In this document: positions 29,501 through 42,500 of the stretch, one piece after another
Layout: the number at the start of each line of letters is the position of its first letter
How positions within the stretch are numbered: the stretch's first letter is position 1
Assembly (NCBI GenBank): GCA_965153355.1
Contig: OZ231126.1
Span: forward strand, 18,662,001-18,726,000
Reading direction: 5' to 3'
DNA from: Flaccisagitta enflata
Taxonomy: Eukaryota
Length of the DNA: 64,000 nt
Made by a program: the position numbers and the translations under genes
Notes under the pieces: generated by a model
What the model was told of the DNA's origin: nothing
Seen by the model: the letters and a program-made list of their open reading frames with translations, nothing else
Database searches by the model: none

Positions 29501-32500
29501 ATCCGCGATCTCAAAATAACCTTGGAAGAGAAAGAGACGCGGTTGCTATTGATCAAGAACAAAGCCGACGATCACGATCGCCTCGCGCAATTGCTCGTCG
29601 AATCCGAAGAACGCGAGCGAGCGCTCGAAGACGGCATGAAAATCATGCAAATGGGCAAAGCCGAAGCGGAGAAATTGGTAAGGAACTGCGAAGCTAAGAT
29701 CGACAATGCCAAGGCCACAGAAGACGCGCTGAGGGTCAAAGATGACGAAATCGCCGTCTTAAGACAAAATAAAAGGGAATTGGAAGACAAAGTGTGCGAG
29801 GTCACCGTTAAGAATGAGGAAAAAGACCAAAGCTTACAAAGCGGAATGGCGACGATTGAAGATCTACGCGCGAGAATATCATCCAAGGAAAACGAATTGT
29901 CGGTCCTGGAAGACGAACTTAACATGGCGCGGGCGGCCTCGAAACAAATGAAAACCGAAAAGGATAAGCTGGAAGCTGAGTCCAGCTCATTGAGGGACGC
30001 GGTGTCTTCTCAAGAAAGCAACGCGTCACGTCTGATGGATGATCTGAAAAAAGAAACGAACAAGTCTAATTGCCTCACGAATGAGATAGAACAGCTAAGA
30101 ACCTCGAAATCTTGCCTCCAGTCAGATTTGGATAACGCGAGAAAGAAATCCGACAAGGCGGAGACCGAAAGCGATCAAAGGTTACGAGAGTTGACAGCTG
30201 TCAAAAAGCAACTTGACGATTTGAAGATCGATCACGACCTGTCGATGCAACGAAAAGAATCGACCATCGACGAGTTGAAAAAAGAAATCGCGAACGGGAT
30301 CATCTCGTCGGATCAATCGATCCAGCTGCAATTGATCGCGTGTAAAGAAGAGATCGATTCGTTATCGAATGAACGAGAACGTTTGCAGAAGCGTTTGGCA
30401 GATGAGGAGCTGAAGAATGTCGGACGAGCGAAGGAGTTGGAAACTTACAAAAAATTATCGGAGGACGCGAGTGGAGAATACCGAGCTCTGCTTGCGAATA
30501 GGGAAGAGGAAGCTTCGAAATCCCTCGAGGACAAGGACCAGGAAATTCAATCCCTGATGAAAACGCTGGAAGAGGAGCGGCGCTCACGCCGTGACATTGC
30601 CACGCGGCTTGAGGGAGCTGAGCAGCAAGAGCTGACGCTGCAACGAGATAAGGCTGATTTGGCAGAGCTATTGGAAACAAAATTAAACGAATTGAAAGCA
30701 GCCAAGGACGAGGCAACGTTATTGGCTTCCACTAAAGAAGAGGTACTGAGACAGAAAGACCTCGTCGTTGCCGAATGTGATGCGGCGAAAGCTTCATTGA
30801 CCATTTGCGAAGAAAATCGGAGGAAGGAAAACGAAGAATTGGCCTCGGAGGTAGAAAGATTAAGACGCCTCGTGAATGAAAAGGAAGGTCTCATTGGGGA
30901 TTTAATTGAGAAAAGCGAGATTGATGCCAGTCGGAAAAACGCGCTGCTTAATGAAATAGAGGAATTGAAAGAGGCTGTCAATGAAAAAGAATCATCTCTC
31001 GCGCAGATCGCGGAGGAACGGAATAGTGTCGAGGACGAGTCTCAGAAAAGCAAGGTAAGAATGGATAAGCTGAAAACGAAATTAGAAAAATACGTAAAAG
31101 AAAATGATGACTACATTCAAACTCTTCATCATCTTAAGTTGGACGCCGATCGGCTGATTAAAGAATTAGAATCGGAGAAAATCAAGTCGGCGAAGAACGA
31201 AGAGAAGATGCGCAAATTGACGGCCGATCACGCCGAGCTGCTCCGCAAGAGCGAAGACGCCGATGCAAAGTTGAAAAGAGAGATGGGAAAAGTGGAATCC
31301 CTCACCGCCACAAACGAGAGATTAAAGGCGGAGAAATTGGCGGTCTCTAAAACTTACGAGGAGAAAATGGGCGGGTTGTCGGTGGAGAAAAACAAAATGG
31401 CAGATTTGGTGATGAGAAAGGACGACGACATGGTAAAGAGAGAACGTGAGTTTGAAGACGAGAAGGCGAGAATACTGAAGACGTTGGAGGAGGCGGATTC
31501 GTTGAACAACGAGCAAGAGTTATCAATCCTCGCCAAAAACGGCGAGATCGGCGAATTGACGAGCAAGATCGAATCGTTAGAAGCGCAGAATAAATTTCAT
31601 AAAGATGAGATTTCCCAATTGAGAGATAAAAAGTTGAGCGAATCCAAATACTTGGCCGCGAAGATGAGTGAAACAGACTCGTTGAACACAAAGGTAAAAG
31701 ATCTGACGAGCGAGTTAAAGAGCGTTGGAAATCAGTTTGAGTTGAGTAAAAAACTGGTCACAGAATGTCAGAAAGACCGGCAGAATTTTATCGCCGAGGC
31801 TGACAAGCTTCGGGCTAAAATAAATTTACAGGTTGAAGAGAAAGAAAAAATGGAGAGTACGCTAAAGGTGATGATCTTTTGTGGAGATGAATTCGCTTGG
31901 CCTATAACCGGGCATGCCCTTTTTTTACATGGTCATTGTTTTGTTAGCTTAGGGTAACCGTTGTTGTCCCCTACGTTATCGAGGCTTCGGGAATGGTCTT
32001 CATTCTTTGTTTTTCAAAATTATTAACATTCAGTTTTGGCCATTTTATAGACCATTCAACAAGTCTCGCCCACTCCTCCGCCCGCGGGAGAGGCAAGTGG
32101 CAAATATTAATTTGAGTGACTTTTTAGTTAACATTGCCGTTATCGCGTCGGTTACCGTTTTGCTTTCGTATCTAGTCCAAATCAGCATGATTTGCCGAGC
32201 GCTTCGTTAGAGCATACATGACTTAGCGCCGTCAACTGTCCTGGATGCTAATATCCTAGTCTTGCTAATTATTTACCACCTTTGTGTGCTTTAAGTTGCC
32301 ATCCTTTCGTGGTTCGATGTACTTCGATATGAACGCGCAGGTACAATGTCCTTTGCACTGGAAAATGACAGTTTGGGAAAAGCTCGCACTGTAGCTTAAA
32401 TGGTTATTTGAATCCCGACCTATACGGTTGTATTTAGATACAGGATGGAGGGTTGACTGATGGTAGCGTCATAGAGTAGTGTGCATGTGCCCGCGCTCCC

Positions 32501-33571
32501 GAGTAAAGATGCGATGGCTTGTCAGCAGCTTTGGGAGACTAATTTCGCTCACGTCTGTCAAATGGATAATAATGTAATGGTTCTCATACTTGGCATTCTG
32601 TAATATTGTACAAACACAGCTCCATAGACTCCATTTCTTGGCCCATCCGTTTGTCTGCCTGACTGTCTCATGGTTATTTTATTGCTCGCTAGTCAAATGC
32701 ATGGATGAAATTTTTCTCTTTCCTGTCCTTCATCCCTGTACCATAACCTGGCTAAAAGAACAACCTGAACGCTGAGTATCAACTGTACCAGGAACCAATT
32801 TCCCCATGTCTATCAACTAACAAAGTATATCTTTGCATACTCGGTGCTCTTGGGTTTCCGGTTAACAACTTTTTTTGCTGTGAGATGATGAAGTGGCGAT
32901 GTGGTTTTTAGATGCTCAGACGTATCAACCTATTTTCATTTTCTTGTTCTTTATTATCACATTTCTTAACAATTACTAACGTGTAATTTCGTCTTTGAAC
33001 AGAACAAGCTTGAAGTGGAGCTTCAGAAAGTCCTCGAAGACAAGAAGCGCATCATGTCTGAAAGCTCCGAGAAAGATGCTGAAATCATGCGACTGAAGGT
33101 GAGAGCTGATAATAGGGAAGGTGGTCTAAGAATTTACAATGGTTGTAGGCGTTGTTGTATTTTTAGGTGCGACAAGGCACCTCTATAACTGGCTCTGTCC
33201 GTCGGTCGGTTGTTTGGTCTGTCGGTCTGTCGTTAACGCGTTTGTTCGACGATCCACACGTCGCACCCTTTTGGGCTACTTGGCCTTGTGATTAAGTGAA
33301 CGATCGGCTTAGTTTGGCAGTATGTCAATGAGTCAAATTTGTATGTATCCCTTCCTCATCCAACAAGGACGAGGTGAACCGATTGGAGGAAACCGAGACG
33401 AAATTGCGCCGGAGATTCCTCGCCGAAACGACCAGCTCGGATCCTTCCCCTTCTTCCTCCCCCGTCACACCGACTCCTTCCGCGGGAGGCGTGATTCCCC
33501 AGGCACCGCTCCTAATTTATATCATAGTCTCAATCATTATCGGACTCGTTCTGGGGAAAGTGTTCTTGTAA
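23506..33571 (+). CDS. VAP: VAMP-associated protein (VAPA/B, Vap33 family); core exons 23506-23563, 24206-24276, 27745-27930, 28443-28562, 32051-32092, 33003-33098, 33368-33571 (258 aa), plus candidate cassette exons 29121-29210 and 29300-31867
   Basis: MSP domain [27 protein letters not shown]...[19 protein letters not shown]...[18 protein letters not shown]...[12 protein letters not shown]. Short coiled coil and a C-terminal tail anchor ([20 protein letters not shown]) with GxxxG. Confidence 0.93.
25585..27110. mobile_element. Degenerate ~1.5-kb non-autonomous repeat; related copy in opposite orientation at ~42860-44377
   Basis: Shared segments in inverted orientation: ttagggtcaaatggtcaaatttggc vs gccaatttgacctaa, and aaaaaatggcataacttctaaagtaattgtccgatttggttgaaattt vs aaatttcagccaaatcggacaaatattttagaagttatgccg. 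Boundaries approximate. Confidence 0.45.
29300..31867 (+). CDS. Giant 856-codon coiled-coil exon inside the VAP gene
   Basis: Uninterrupted ORF (track 29270-31957), E/K/L-rich heptads, non-repetitive at DNA level. Acceptor ttttacag| at 29299 and donor AAG|gtgatg at 31867, both phase 0. Confidence 0.8.
33160..33290 (+). mobile_element. Short HINE-like element (same family as 15878-16014)
   Basis: tttttaggtgcgacaaggcacctctataactggc...gtcgcacc...acttggccttg. Confidence 0.6.
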
Positions 33572-33785
33572 AAATGCCGGGCGCTCCACTGCCGCGTTGG
33601 TGAGAGGTCTCCCAAAATAATCGGTGATAAGAAGACATCGTGACCCGTGATTGCTTTGATGTATGCGGTTGCCCATTTTTTCTTGTGAACGGAAATAATT
33701 AGTTGAATAATAAGCTTTTTTTCCTCTTTTACATCTCTTTCCAATGAGTGGTGAATTTGTGGGTTATGTCAATTTGTCCTTATTA

Positions 33786-34554
33786 CAGTATGTTTTTTTT
33801 CGTTTGTAACATTACAGGACGGCACTAATCAGCCCTCAGGCCAGCGATTGACTTCTGCAACGGCTCATTTTGTAGGTAATAAGTGAGCATTTAATGATTT
33901 GTGACTTCTTGGACTTTTTTACATGAATCTAATCCTCTAAACACATAAGGGACAGACTGGGTCATAACCAAACTATCAAATTAACAAAATTTCCCACTTT
34001 AACGGTCTTTCTTTAAATTGCTCTCATTTCTGAACGGTTTGAGACTCTGATCCCAGATTGGTCTCAAATGGAAGGTATTTTGAAGTAGTTTTTGGGATTT
34101 TTTGAATTCAAGTATATTGTCGATATCCTGAGTAAGTTTTTTTAGTTGGGAGTCAATTCTTGAGCTAAATCTTGTTAAAGGAGCTAATTCCTTGCAATCT
34201 TGGTGTAATTTTTTCATCAAAAAGTGCTTCTTTCTTTATTTTTTTAAAAACTGGTCTTAATTTGCATTAATTTGGGACCAACCTGGCACTTTTTGTTCAA
34301 TCCGTTCAGATAATAGAGCCACTTGAAGAAGGAATGTTCCTTTAAAAACCTGAAATAATGGCCTTTTTCGCCTGTTTTGTCTAATGCTTCCTCGCCTATG
34401 GCAGAGGTCAGGTTTTTGTCAAAAAGTCCAAGACTTGTAAAATCATAAAATGCTCACTTATTATCTACAAATTGAGCCATTGTCGAAGTGGTTTGCATGC
34501 CAGGGGGCTGAGCAATGTCGTCGTGTAATGTTACAAACGAAAAAAAACATACTG
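33786..34554. mobile_element. Tc1/mariner-type MITE, TA TSD, ~140-bp imperfect TIRs, just 3' of the VAP stop
   Basis: ta|CAGTATGTTTTTTTTCGTTTGTAACATTACA ... TGTAATGTTACAAACGAAAAAAAACATACTG|ta. Confidence 0.85.
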
Positions 34555-36257
34555 TATTCTTGCCATAAGAAAGGGGGTGCATATTTCAATTTTGACACGC
34601 GTCGGGTTGCTATGGGAGATTAATCATATTTAACGATTCATGTATAAGCTTTTTTCAAGATCAAATTTATGCCGTAAATCTTATTTCTTTTTTTTATTTC
34701 TTGCGCTTTTAGTTTCCGTTTCGTTACCCCATTGTTATCGTCATTGCTCGTGACGAAGAAAAATTGTGACTTTTCGTGGGGGTTAAGAAAAAAATTTCGC
34801 GCTCAGCATACTTCTTATAAATCCATTATCTATTCCAGTCTTGTCATGACACTTTCTGCCCGTGCTATCTCGATGTATATCGTGTTTGACTCGACGTGTG
34901 TCAGGATTGTTCTATGATGGACAAATTGGCACACTTTGACGATACATTCTTGCTCGGTTTAAAGATTTAAAAAAGATTGTTCTCTAATAAAGCTTTCATG
35001 AATTTCTTGAAAGATTTTGTAACACAAAAGATCAAGATCGAAAACGAATGTTGTAATAATGTAACGTTGCCATATGTTGTGTTCTACCCACTTTAAAGTA
35101 GTCTGCTTAATATTATGTGGCTCTGCCTTTGTGCAAACTGCGCTGGATTCATTATTTTTTCTCCTCACGGAGTAGTAGTCTACTTGACATGTTTACATAC
35201 CTAGTTCTCAACTTTATTCTTTTCATCCCTTTCGGAATGATGAGCAGGGTTAATGGGTCCCTCCCCACTTCCCGTCCCGTTTCCTGTAACGAGATTGTAG
35301 GATATTTTCTTTCCTATTGAAAAAATAGTTTTATGTGCGGTGCGATCCCTTTTACTTAAAACTGTGAGACGTTGGATGTTGATTTGTACAGATGGCCGTT
35401 AGTAAGAGTTGAATCTTTTACGTCCCCATTTGAATATGCGTAAAGATTACTAATCGTAAGAAATACAGTCTTAATTATTATTCACGGTATATACACTCTG
35501 TATTGATTCGCCTTTTATCATTGAGTCTATGAACGTTCTGGTCTTTTCTTAACATCACGCGTAGGTTGATAACGTTAAATCTTTGGATGTTGTGGGTGTT
35601 GCGACTATACGATCATCTTTTACGCTCACTGACAGCCAATTTATCAGCCTGCCATAGCGAAATTAGCTAAGATACAGGTCCCTCTTCTATTCTAATGAAC
35701 GATGATTTGAAGAAAACCTATGCGCCAAAATCGGCTGCTGTCTCAAAAGTAAACGCACGCGCGGTGTCAGACGCTGCAGCGTTACCGCTTCGTCAGCCTT
35801 CTCAATTGTCTATCGTTTCTAGATGCAGACCCCTCCGCCCAGCGATATCTAGAATTAACTCTCTCTCGAGACCGGTAAGCGCCACTTAGTCAACGATATC
35901 CGGTATCGTTGGAGCATCGGGGGATCTCGACAAACTCTCTTACTCGACAACATTAAGGAATTCTCATCGGAGAGAAACTGTTTTCGCTTAATCTACACTC
36001 AACAGAGTTAAGAAAAAGAAGAGGGAACAGAAACAAAAAGATTTGACACTCACACTCGAAACCTGCATCGAAACAGCACTCGAATCCCGGCGAGCTCTGA
36101 CTCAGCTCCTCGACTTAGAAAACATTCAGCGACGACGACTCATTTCCTTATAAGGAAATAGCGGAGCCTTCTGTTGAGAAAAGTTTTGAGCTGTATACAT
36201 GTAAAGGAGTAAAAGTCTCTCTTCTGTTTCATTCGCGCTCTAAATCTACTGTCGAGG

Positions 36258-36524
36258 ATGTCGTCTTTTACCAACCTGAGAACCTACGCCACTTTACCGA
36301 AAACCACGCGGGGTCAGCATATCGTCATAGGCGGCGACCCGAAGGGTAAAAACTTTCTCTACTGTAACAACAACTCGGTGATCATTCGTGACGTCGGCGA
36401 CCCTACTGTCGTCGATATTTACACCGAACACGCCGTGCAAACCAACGTCGCCAAATATTCTCCATCTGGATTCTACATCGCTTCCGGAGGTTAGTTATTT
36501 AGTGAATGCCGCTCGACTCCATAT

Positions 36525-36563
<39 letters not shown>

Positions 36564-39500
36564 TGTGATGTTCAAGAGTGGGAGCGAGTCAGAATGGAAA
36601 TGATGATGGTCAAGAGGGGAAGGAGCGGAAATGGCGATAATGGTGGGTGATGGGAGTGATAATGGTAATGATGATATCATGATGAAGGGAATTGAGAATG
36701 GCGATGATGATGGAGAGGAAGGCGAGAGAATGGTAAGGATGATTATGAGGGGAAAGAAGCCAGAACAGCGCTGATAAGGATGGGGAAGGAGTGAGAATGG
36801 CGAAAATGATAATGAGGAAGAGGGGAACGGAGTGAGAATGGCGATAATGAAGAAGAGGGGAACGGAGTGAGAATGGCGATAATGATAATGAAGAAGAGGG
36901 GAACGGAGTGAGAATGGCGATAATGATAATGAGGAAGAGGGGAAGGAGTGACAATGGCGATAATGATGAGGAAGAGGGGGAAGGAGTGAGAATGGCGATA
37001 AGGAAAAGGGGGAAGGAGTGAGAATGGGGATGATGATGAAGAGGGGGGGAAGGAAAGAGAATGGGGGTGATGATGACGAGGGGGGAAGGAGTGAGAATGG
37101 CGATAATGATGATGAGGAAGAGGGGAAGGAGTGACAATGGGGATTATGATGAGGAAGAGGGGGAAGGAATGAGAATGGCGATGATGATGAGAAATAGGGG
37201 AAGGAGTGAGAATGGCGATAATGATAATGAGGAAGAGGGGGAAGGAGTGAGAATGATGATAATGAAGAAGAGGGGGAAGGAGAGAGGATGATGAGGAAGA
37301 GGGGGACGGAGTGAGAATGGCGATAATGATCATGAAGAGGGGAAGGAGTGAGAATGGCGATAATGATGATGAGGAAGAGGGGGAAGGAGTGAGAATGGCG
37401 ATAATGATGATGAGGAAGAGGGGGAAGGAGTGAGAATGGCGATAATGATGATGAGGAAGAGGGGGAAGGAGTGACAATGGCGATAATGATGATGAGGAAG
37501 AGGGGGAAGGAGAGAGAATGGTGATAAGGATGATGAGGAAGAGGGGGAGGAATGAGAATGGCGATAATGATGAAGAGGGGGAAGGAGTGAGAATGGTGAT
37601 AAAGATGAGGAAGAAGGGGAAGGAGTGAGAATGGCGATGAGGATGATGAGGAAGAGGGGGAAGGAATGAGGATGGCGATAATGATAATGAGGAAGAGGGG
37701 AAGGAGTGAGAATGGTGATAATGATGATGAGGAAGAGGGGAAGGAGTGAGAATGGCGATAATGATGAGGGAGAGGGGGAATTAGTGAGAATTATGATGAT
37801 GATGAGGAAGAGGGGGAAGGAGTGAGAATGGCGATAATGATGATGAGGAAGAGGGGAAGGAGTGACAATGGCGATAATGATGAGGAAGAGGGGGAAGGAG
37901 TGACAATGGCGATGATGATGATGAGGAAGAGGGGGAAGGAGTGATAATGGCGATAATGATGAGGAAGAGGGGGAAGGAGTGACAATGGCGATGATGATGA
38001 TGAGGAAGAGGGGGAAGGAGTGAGAATGGCGATAATGATGAGGAAGAGGGGGAAGGAGTGATAATGGCGATGAAGATGAGGAAGACGGGGAAGGAGTGAG
38101 GATGGCGATGATGAGGGAGGAGAAGAAATGGCAATGATGAAAAGGAGGAATGAGGACTGAAGTAGGGGGGATGAGGATAAGTGATAAGATGATGAAGGAA
38201 GAGGGGGAAGGAGTGAGAATGGCGATAATGATGATGAGGAAGAGGGGGAAGGAGTGAGAATGGCGATAATGATGATGAGGAAGAGGGGGAAGGAGTGAGA
38301 ATGGCGATAATGATGATGAGGAAGAGGGGGAAGGAGTGAGAATGGCGATAATGATGATGAGGAAGAGGGGGAAGGAGTGAGAATGGCGATAATGATGATG
38401 AGGAAGAGGGGGATGGAGTGAGAATGGCGATGATGAGGAAGAGGGGGAAGGAGTGGGAATGGCGATTGTAATGAGGAAGAGGGGGAAGGAGTGAAAATGA
38501 CGATAATGATGAGGAAGAGGGGGAAGGAGTAAGAATGGCGAAAAGGATGATGAGGAAGAGGGGGAAGGAGTGAGAATGGCGAAAAGGATGATGAGGAAGA
38601 GGGGGGAAGGAGTGAGAATGGCGATGATGATAATTATGAGGAAGAGGGGGGAAGGAGTGAGAATGGCAATGATGATAATTATGAGGAAGAGGGGGGAAGG
38701 AGTGAGAATGGCGATGATGATGATTATGAGGAAGGGGGGGGGAAGGAGTGAGAATGGCGATAATGATGATGAGGAAGAGGGGGGAACGAGTGAGAATGGC
38801 GATAATGATGATGTGGAAGAGGGGGAAGAAGTGAGAATGGTGATTATGATAATGAGGATCAGGGGGAAGGAGTGAGAATGGCGATGATGATAATGAACAG
38901 GGGGAAGGAGTGAGAATGGCGATGATGATAATGAACAGGGGGAAGGAGTGAGAATTGCGATAATGATGATGATGAGGAAAAGGGGGAAGGAGTGAGAATG
39001 GCGATGATGAGGAAGAGGGGGAAGGAGTGATAATGGCGATGAAGATGAGGAAGAGGGGGAAGGAGTGAGGATGGCGATGATGAGGGAGAGGGGGAAGGAG
39101 TGAGGATGGCGATGATGAGGGAGGAGAAGAAATGGCAATGATGAAAAGAGAGGAGGAATGAGGACTGAAGGAATGGCGGTTAGGATGACCGGGGATAAGT
39201 GATGCCAAGATGTTTCGAAGGGAAAGGATCTAGTCCTTCGAAGTGAGAAAGCTCAAGATAAGGGTAGGGACCGAGAAATGGTAAGATGAAAAGCCTTAGC
39301 ATGACAAAAAAAGTATGGCAAGAGAAAGAAGGACGGGATTACCAAGCATGTTAGCCTGTGTGGAGAAAAGCCGCGGGAATGGTCTGAGAATCGAGAGGAG
39401 TAAACTTTTGATCGGAGGAAAGGAAAACAAGGCCGGATAAACGGCCAATTCCAGTCGCGGACGGGTGGGCAGGGGCTGAAACGCGCGTTTTCACACTTTC

Positions 39501-42500
39501 CAACTCTTTCACCACGGACCAACGGACCAACGGAAGGACAGACAAAGCCTCCTATAGAGTCGCTTGTCCGCGACTAAAAACATGGTGTAACTCGAACTCC
39601 TGTGAATCGATCTGTGGGGGGGATGGTAATGACAACCCAATGCCATGACTGTCATAGACTGAGTAGCAAGGGTGAGGTTATGGAGAACAGGAAAATTTTG
39701 TTTTGCCAATGTGACCAGTTGATAAATATACTGGCAAGCACGGCTAGCCTGTTGGCTAGGTAGGAAGGAAGTCTCTTTGCTTTTTTACTTTGCCTTTTTA
39801 CTTTGCCTTTGCCTTTGCTTTTTTCCTGTTTCTGTCTACGTCATCATCGCACTCGGTTGTCATTAGGGGGCAGTCATTATTATGGTCCCGTCGTCGTCAT
39901 GGTGATCTACATCATTTGAGACTCGTGATGATGATCGTCCTTGTCATCGTTTCCAACGCGTCCTTTTCTTTCTCAAGCACCATCATCATCAACGTCGTCG
40001 TTTTCGTCGTCTTTCGCGTTCTTTTTCTCCGGCACCGTCATAATCATCAGCCTCGCCTTGCCTGTCGTCATCATCGTCGTACCGTCGTCGTTTTTCGCGT
40101 CGTCGTCGTTCATGGTTCGCAGTGGCACCATCATAATCATCAACGTTGTAGTCGCCGTCGTTCTCTGTGTCGTCGCTATCGTCGTCGCCGTGCGACATAA
40201 TGGTTCTTTCTCCCGTCGTCGATTGCTCGGCTCCTATCATCATCACCGTGATTCTCTGATGCTCGTGACGAAGTCTGTGGATGATGGTATATTTCTCAGC
40301 GAAAAAGAATGGACGCTCTGTGACTTTGTGACGTTCTTTTCTCCTCTTCCTCCCTTAATGATTCTCTGCAAATGATTCATTCTAATGAGCGAAAGAAATT
40401 TCCTCGTTGCGACCAAGCTTCATTGAACAAAAAATTCAGCATCTAAAGGAATTTTATCACAAAGAATGATGCTATGTAATGATAAACTCCTCGATTTTGT
40501 TCCGAAGTCAAATAAACGTTAAAGAAGAAATTTCCTCTTTCTTTCTTTCTTTCTCTTATTTATTTATTCTTTCATTTATCCTTTCATTCATTCCTTTCTT
40601 CCTCGAGATTCTATTCATCGTTTCTTTCTTTTTGTCCGCGACGGAATACCATTCCGACGCGGACTATAATTCGAGGCGGGTGGGTGTCGTCGTCGTTGTT
40701 GTCGTCGTCGTCGTTGTCCACACTTTTAAAAATGGGCTAACTTTTGAACGCCTTGACCGATTTGCTTCATATTTGGAGGGAAGTTGTACTAGGGTAAGCC
40801 GCTTTACATCCTATGCGTATGTTATGATCCGACCCACCCAACCGGCCCAACCAGCCTACCAGCCTAAAAGTGAAAAACGTGCATAACTTCGTCATTTTTC
40901 AACCAATATGGTTGAAACTCGGTATATAGTCTCTAAATGGAAGGACTCAACATATGTATTTGATTTGTACAGATTTTAGCATGTTAACCGGCCAAACCGG
41001 CCTACCACCCAACCAGCCTACCAGCCTAAAAGTGAAAAACGTGCATAACTTCGTCATTTTTCAACCAATTTGCTGAAACTTATGTAGTCTCTAAATGAAA
41101 GAACTCAACATATGTATTTGAATTGTAAAGGTTTAAGCATGCTAACCGGCCAAACCAGCCTACCACCCAACTGGCCTACCAGCCTAAAAGCTAACAACGT
41201 GCATAACTTCGGCATTTTTCAACCGATTTGGTTGAAACTTGGTATGTAGTCACTAAACGAAAGGACTCAACATATGTATTTGAATTGTAAAGATTTTAGC
41301 ATGCTAACCGGCCAAACCACCCAACTAGCCTACCATCCTAAAAGTGAAAAATGTGCATAACTTCGGCACTTTTCAACCGATTTGGTTGAAACTTGGTATG
41401 TAGTCTCTAAATGGAAGGACTCAACATATGTATTTGAATTGTAAAGATTTTAGCTTGCTAACCAGCCAAACCAGCCTACCACCCGACTAGCCTACCAGCC
41501 TAAAAGTCAAAAACGTGCATAACTTTGGCATTTTTCAACCGATTTGGTTGAAACTTGGTATGTAGTCCCTAAATGGAAGGACTCAACATATGAATTTGAT
41601 TTATAAAGATTTTAGCATGCTACCTGGTCAATGCCATTCAACAAATTTGACAATGTCGTTTGACAATGTTGTTTAACAACGGCGTTTGGCAACGCCATTT
41701 TACAATGCCGTTTTACAACGCCATTTTACAACGCCGTTTTACAACGCCGTTTTACAACGCCGTTTTACAACGCCGTTTTACAACGCCGTTTTACAACGCC
41801 GTTTTACAACGCCGTTTTACAACGCCGTTTTACAACGCCGTTTTACAACGCCGTTTTACAACGCCACATAACGCCGCTTACAACGCCGTTTAACGCGCGC
41901 TTTTACAACGCCGTTTTACAACGCCGTTTTACAACGCTGTATAACAACGCCGTTTTACAAGGTCAGACATAACGCCAGATTATAACGCCAGACATAACGC
42001 CCAGACATAACGCCCAGACATAACGCCAGACATAACGCCAGATACAACGCCTGACATAACGCCGCATGACAACGCCGCGCATGACAACGCTGCCATGATG
42101 ACGCCGCTTGACAACGCTGTTGACAACGCCGTTTGACAACGCCGTTTGACAACGCTGCTTGATAACGCCGCTTGACAACGCCGTTTGATAACGCCGTTTG
42201 ACAACGCCGTTTGACAACGCCGTTTGACAACGCCGTTTGACAACGCCGTTTGACAACGCCGTTTGACAACGCCGTTTGACAACGCCGTTTGACAACGCCG
42301 TTTGACAACGCCGTTTTACAACGCCGTTTTACAACGCCGTTTTACAACGCCGTTTTACAACGCCGCTTTGATAAGCGCGTTTTACGCCGTTTACAACGCC
42401 CGCATAACGCCGTTTTACAACGCCGTTTTACAACGTTGTTTTACAACGCCGTTTTACAACGCCGTTTGACCCCAGTCGCGGACCCATACTCTTTCAAGAT

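Noticed and set aside
36610-39208. Long minus-strand ORFs (up to 602 aa) rich in S/P/H/I
   Set aside because: Translations of the 41-bp minisatellite, open in several frames because the repeat lacks stops on that strand.
39790-40375. His/Arg/Val-rich ORFs in WDR1 intron 1
   Set aside because: Degenerate (GTC/ATC)n low-complexity sequence with no splice or homology support.
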